Shown piece after piece: positions 62,490 through 64,000 of a stretch of 64,000 nt of DNA. The DNA comes from a virus (Duplodnaviria; Heunggongvirae; Uroviricota; Caudoviricetes): positions 269,624 to 333,623 of IMG/VR virus record IMGVR_UViG_3300033067_001661; one strand, written 5' to 3'. Below the pieces are notes generated by a model. It saw only the letters and a list, made by a program, of their open reading frames with translations, made no database searches and was not told the DNA's origin. The translations under genes and the position numbers were made by a program. Positions within the stretch are counted from its first letter, which is position 1; every line of letters begins with the position of its first letter.

Positions 62490-62783
62490 TTAGTTACGGT
62501 CGATGGTCGTCTTCATGGGGCCTTGCCCTTCGAGGCTGAGGTAGCGGAGGGCCGCTGTGTCCTCTCCAGCCTCTCGGACGATTCGAGCGGCCTTGCGGCA
62601 AGCCTCTCTGCTGCCCTTGGCGACGAGGGCCTTGCCGTTGTTGTGGACCTTGAGGGCGACGGCCTTGGCGTCGTCGTAGGAGAGTTCGGGGTTGATGCGC
62701 TGAACGAGGGAGATGACGAATTCGAGGCTGTGGGTCTTGCTGTTCTTGAGGAAGGTTCGGAATGGCTTGCGAGCGGTTTTCAT
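62490..62783 (-). CDS. ClpS-like (ATP-dependent Clp protease adaptor fold) small protein; N-degron pocket residues not conserved.
   Basis: From the internal ATG (MKTARKPF...; AAGGA SD 6 nt upstream): SLEFVISLVQRIN...DDAKAVALKVHNNGKALVAKGSREACRKAARIV aligns with E. coli ClpS PMEFVIDVLQKFF...[33 protein letters not shown]. The ClpS NDD triad is replaced by NSK. ORF track 62490..62966 uses an upstream GTG. Confidence 0.5.
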   Translation of the reverse strand: MKTARKPFRTFLKNSKTHSLEFVISLVQRINPELSYDDAKAVALKVHNNGKALVAKGSREACRKAARIVREAGEDTAALRYLSLEGQGPMKTTIDRN

Positions 62784-62816
62784 GGGCTGTCCTTTCTTCC
62801 TTACAAGCGACGGCAG

Positions 62817-62828
62817 GAAGTTTAGTTC
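62817..62828 (-). promoter_or_regulatory. Conserved intercistronic element GAACTAAACTTC (one of six copies in 62410-63734), ~45 nt upstream of the ClpS-like ATG. TAAACT is a plausible -10 hexamer.
   Basis: Copies (plus-strand AGTTTAGTT) at 62410-62419, 62485-62496, 62817-62828, 63225-63236, 63471-63482, 63723-63734. In four of them AAC-TAA is the upstream gene's last Asn codon + stop. Confidence 0.55.
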
Positions 62829-62947
62829 CCCCGTTTCTTCTTCCGCTGCCTCTCCTTGCGGTTGTGCTTCTTCTCTTGCTGTTCGGCCCAGTTCTGGATG
62901 GCTTGAGCGTCTCGGTCTGCGTCGGTCTGATACTTCATGCGGTCCTT

Positions 62948-63187
62948 TCAGACGGCGATGATACACTCGCCAGTAATCTTATGGCGAGAGTGTCCGCCGA
63001 AGATGGTTTGGTTATTGACCATTTGAGCGTGTTCGCCGAACGTCTTGAGGCCATGCTCGATGAGGGCTGCGCCGACTTGAGCGGCGATTTGTTCGGCGTT
63101 GAGGGTTTGGGCGTTGACTTCGACGATTTCCAACAAGGTTCCGCTGGGGCGTTCGAGGTTCTGAATGTGGCGGATTTCAACTTTCAT
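62948..63187 (-). CDS. Small hypothetical protein (79 aa) in the high-GC array.
   Basis: ATG with AAAGGA SD. GAACTAAACTTC element ~45 nt upstream. Confidence 0.4.
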   Translation of the reverse strand: MKVEIRHIQNLERPSGTLLEIVEVNAQTLNAEQIAAQVGAALIEHGLKTFGEHAQMVNNQTIFGGHSRHKITGECIIAV

Positions 63188-63229
63188 GGGTAAGAGTCCT
63201 TTCTTACCTTTCGGGTTCGGTTGAGAAGT

Positions 63230-63451
63230 TTAGTTCTTCCCGGCGACGGCTGCGAGGGTTTTGCGAAGTTTCTTGGGGATGTTCACTCGGGTCTTGTCGT
63301 TGCCGACGAAGCGGAGAATCTTGTCCACCATCTTCTGGGCCTTGTCGGGTCCAGCGACTCGGACGATATCCCCAACGTCGATATAAACACCGAGTTGGAC
63401 GTTGGCTGACTTGCGAGGCTTGGACTTCTTGGGCTTGGTTGCGTTGCTCAT
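63230..63451 (-). CDS. Small basic hypothetical protein (73 aa; N-terminal KPKKSKPRK).
   Basis: ATG preceded by the GAACTAAACTTC element. Stop codon embedded in the next copy of the element (AAG AAC TAA ACT TC). Confidence 0.4.
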   Translation of the reverse strand: MSNATKPKKSKPRKSANVQLGVYIDVGDIVRVAGPDKAQKMVDKILRFVGNDKTRVNIPKKLRKTLAAVAGKN

Positions 63452-63484
63452 GGCTTTCTCTCTTTCGCGAGAAGTTTAGTTCGC

Positions 63485-63703
63485 TCAATACTCCACCCAA
63501 ACATTCCAATGGTCAATATCGAGGTAGTAGGAACAAAGGGTGGCGTTGCCGATTCGTTGCCTCTTGATGAGGGTTGGGAGTTCTTGGCACTTCTTTACAT
63601 GGGCTGCGATAGCCTCTCTGACTTGGTTTTCTGGAGTTTCGGGCGGAAGCCTCAAGATCTCGTGCCAAGACCGCATGAGGTAGATGTTGATCCCGTTCGT
63701 CAT
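63485..63703 (-). CDS. Small hypothetical protein (72 aa).
   Basis: ATG preceded by the GTAACTAAACTTCC element 20 nt upstream. Confidence 0.4.
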   Translation of the reverse strand: MTNGINIYLMRSWHEILRLPPETPENQVREAIAAHVKKCQELPTLIKRQRIGNATLCSYYLDIDHWNVWVEY

Positions 63704-63732
63704 AGTTCTTGGGTTTGCTTGGGAAGTTTAGT

Positions 63733-64000
63733 TACTTCTCCTTGACGATTCGGTAGCCCCAGGTCGGGACTTGCTGAATCACAAAGCCTTCGGCGACGTT
63801 GGGAAGCGGGAAGAATTCGCCCTGATACCACTTTCCCTCTCGTTCGCAGCCGCCGTTATAGCGGATTGCGCCGTACTTGGGAGGGATTGAGGTGGAGGAA
63901 CCAATGTAGCCCTTGAATGGGTAAGGCGTTCCAAGACCGTCCTTAGCGACATGCTTGGCCTTCTTAGCGCAAGTCTTGGCGTCCCAGGTCTCGGCCTTGT
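63733..64000 (-). CDS. Partial gene (C-terminal ~88 codons in window; N-terminus beyond window end), high-GC.
   Basis: Minus-strand translation ...KAETWDAKTCAKKAKHVAKDGLGTPYPFKGYIGSSTSIPPKYGAIRYNGGCEREGKWYQGEFFPLPNVAEGFVIQQVPTWGYRIVKEK*, stop inside the GTAACTAAAC element. Confidence 0.4.

Noticed and set aside
62391-63193. Plus-strand ORFs 62391..62825 and 62762..63193 (144 and 143 aa) and alternative-frame minus ORF 62935..63180 in the high-GC island.
   Set aside because: GC-rich shadow ORFs. The minus-strand frames chosen have SD sequences, the conserved upstream element and recognisable protein similarity (ClpS-like).

Overview
This 64 kb window reads as a segment of a large (jumbo-type) tailed bacteriophage or prophage genome. 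Nearly all genes are on the minus strand in tightly packed, often 4-nt-overlapping operons, with Shine-Dalgarno sites and several clear rho-independent terminators. Recognisable content: (1) a structural block (1-13.7 kb) with a 3422-aa multidomain tail-fibre/depolymerase-like giant protein (tandem TIM-barrel glycosidase-like modules, PKD, right-handed beta-helix, FN3) flanked by FN3 and PKD/beta-helix proteins; (2) nucleotide metabolism genes (dUTPase, RNR with NPCGE and a C-terminal Zn ribbon, ThyX, a DHH phosphoesterase, a DEDDh exonuclease, a CoaD-like adenylyltransferase); (3) helicases and ATPases (SNF2, UvrD-like with a topo-type Zn ribbon, two AAA+ ATPases, an ABC/AAA_21-type ATPase); (4) a FliA-like sigma factor, a macro domain protein, three HNH endonucleases and two free-standing NUMOD1-repeat proteins; (5) a GH24 endolysin near a lipoprotein and small membrane proteins; (6) an SPFH/NfeD-like/TylF-like methyltransferase/SNF2 operon; (7) secreted dockerin-like proteins including a zincin protease. 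Unusual points: a peptide deformylase gene split into two halves on opposite strands; a possible +1 frameshift site (U UUU UGA C) inside an HNH homing endonuclease; a 66-aa hyper-acidic protein; a ~650-nt structured non-coding region; a three-gene ATPase cassette whose RBS is buried in a perfect hairpin; two high-GC islands; a ~35-nt repeat bounding homing-endonuclease-like cassettes; a GAACTAAACTTC intercistronic element whose AAC-TAA supplies the upstream stop codon; a ClpS-like protein with an altered N-degron pocket; and a recurring N-terminal M-x-W-Y motif on at least nine proteins. No rRNA, tRNA or CRISPR array was seen by eye.
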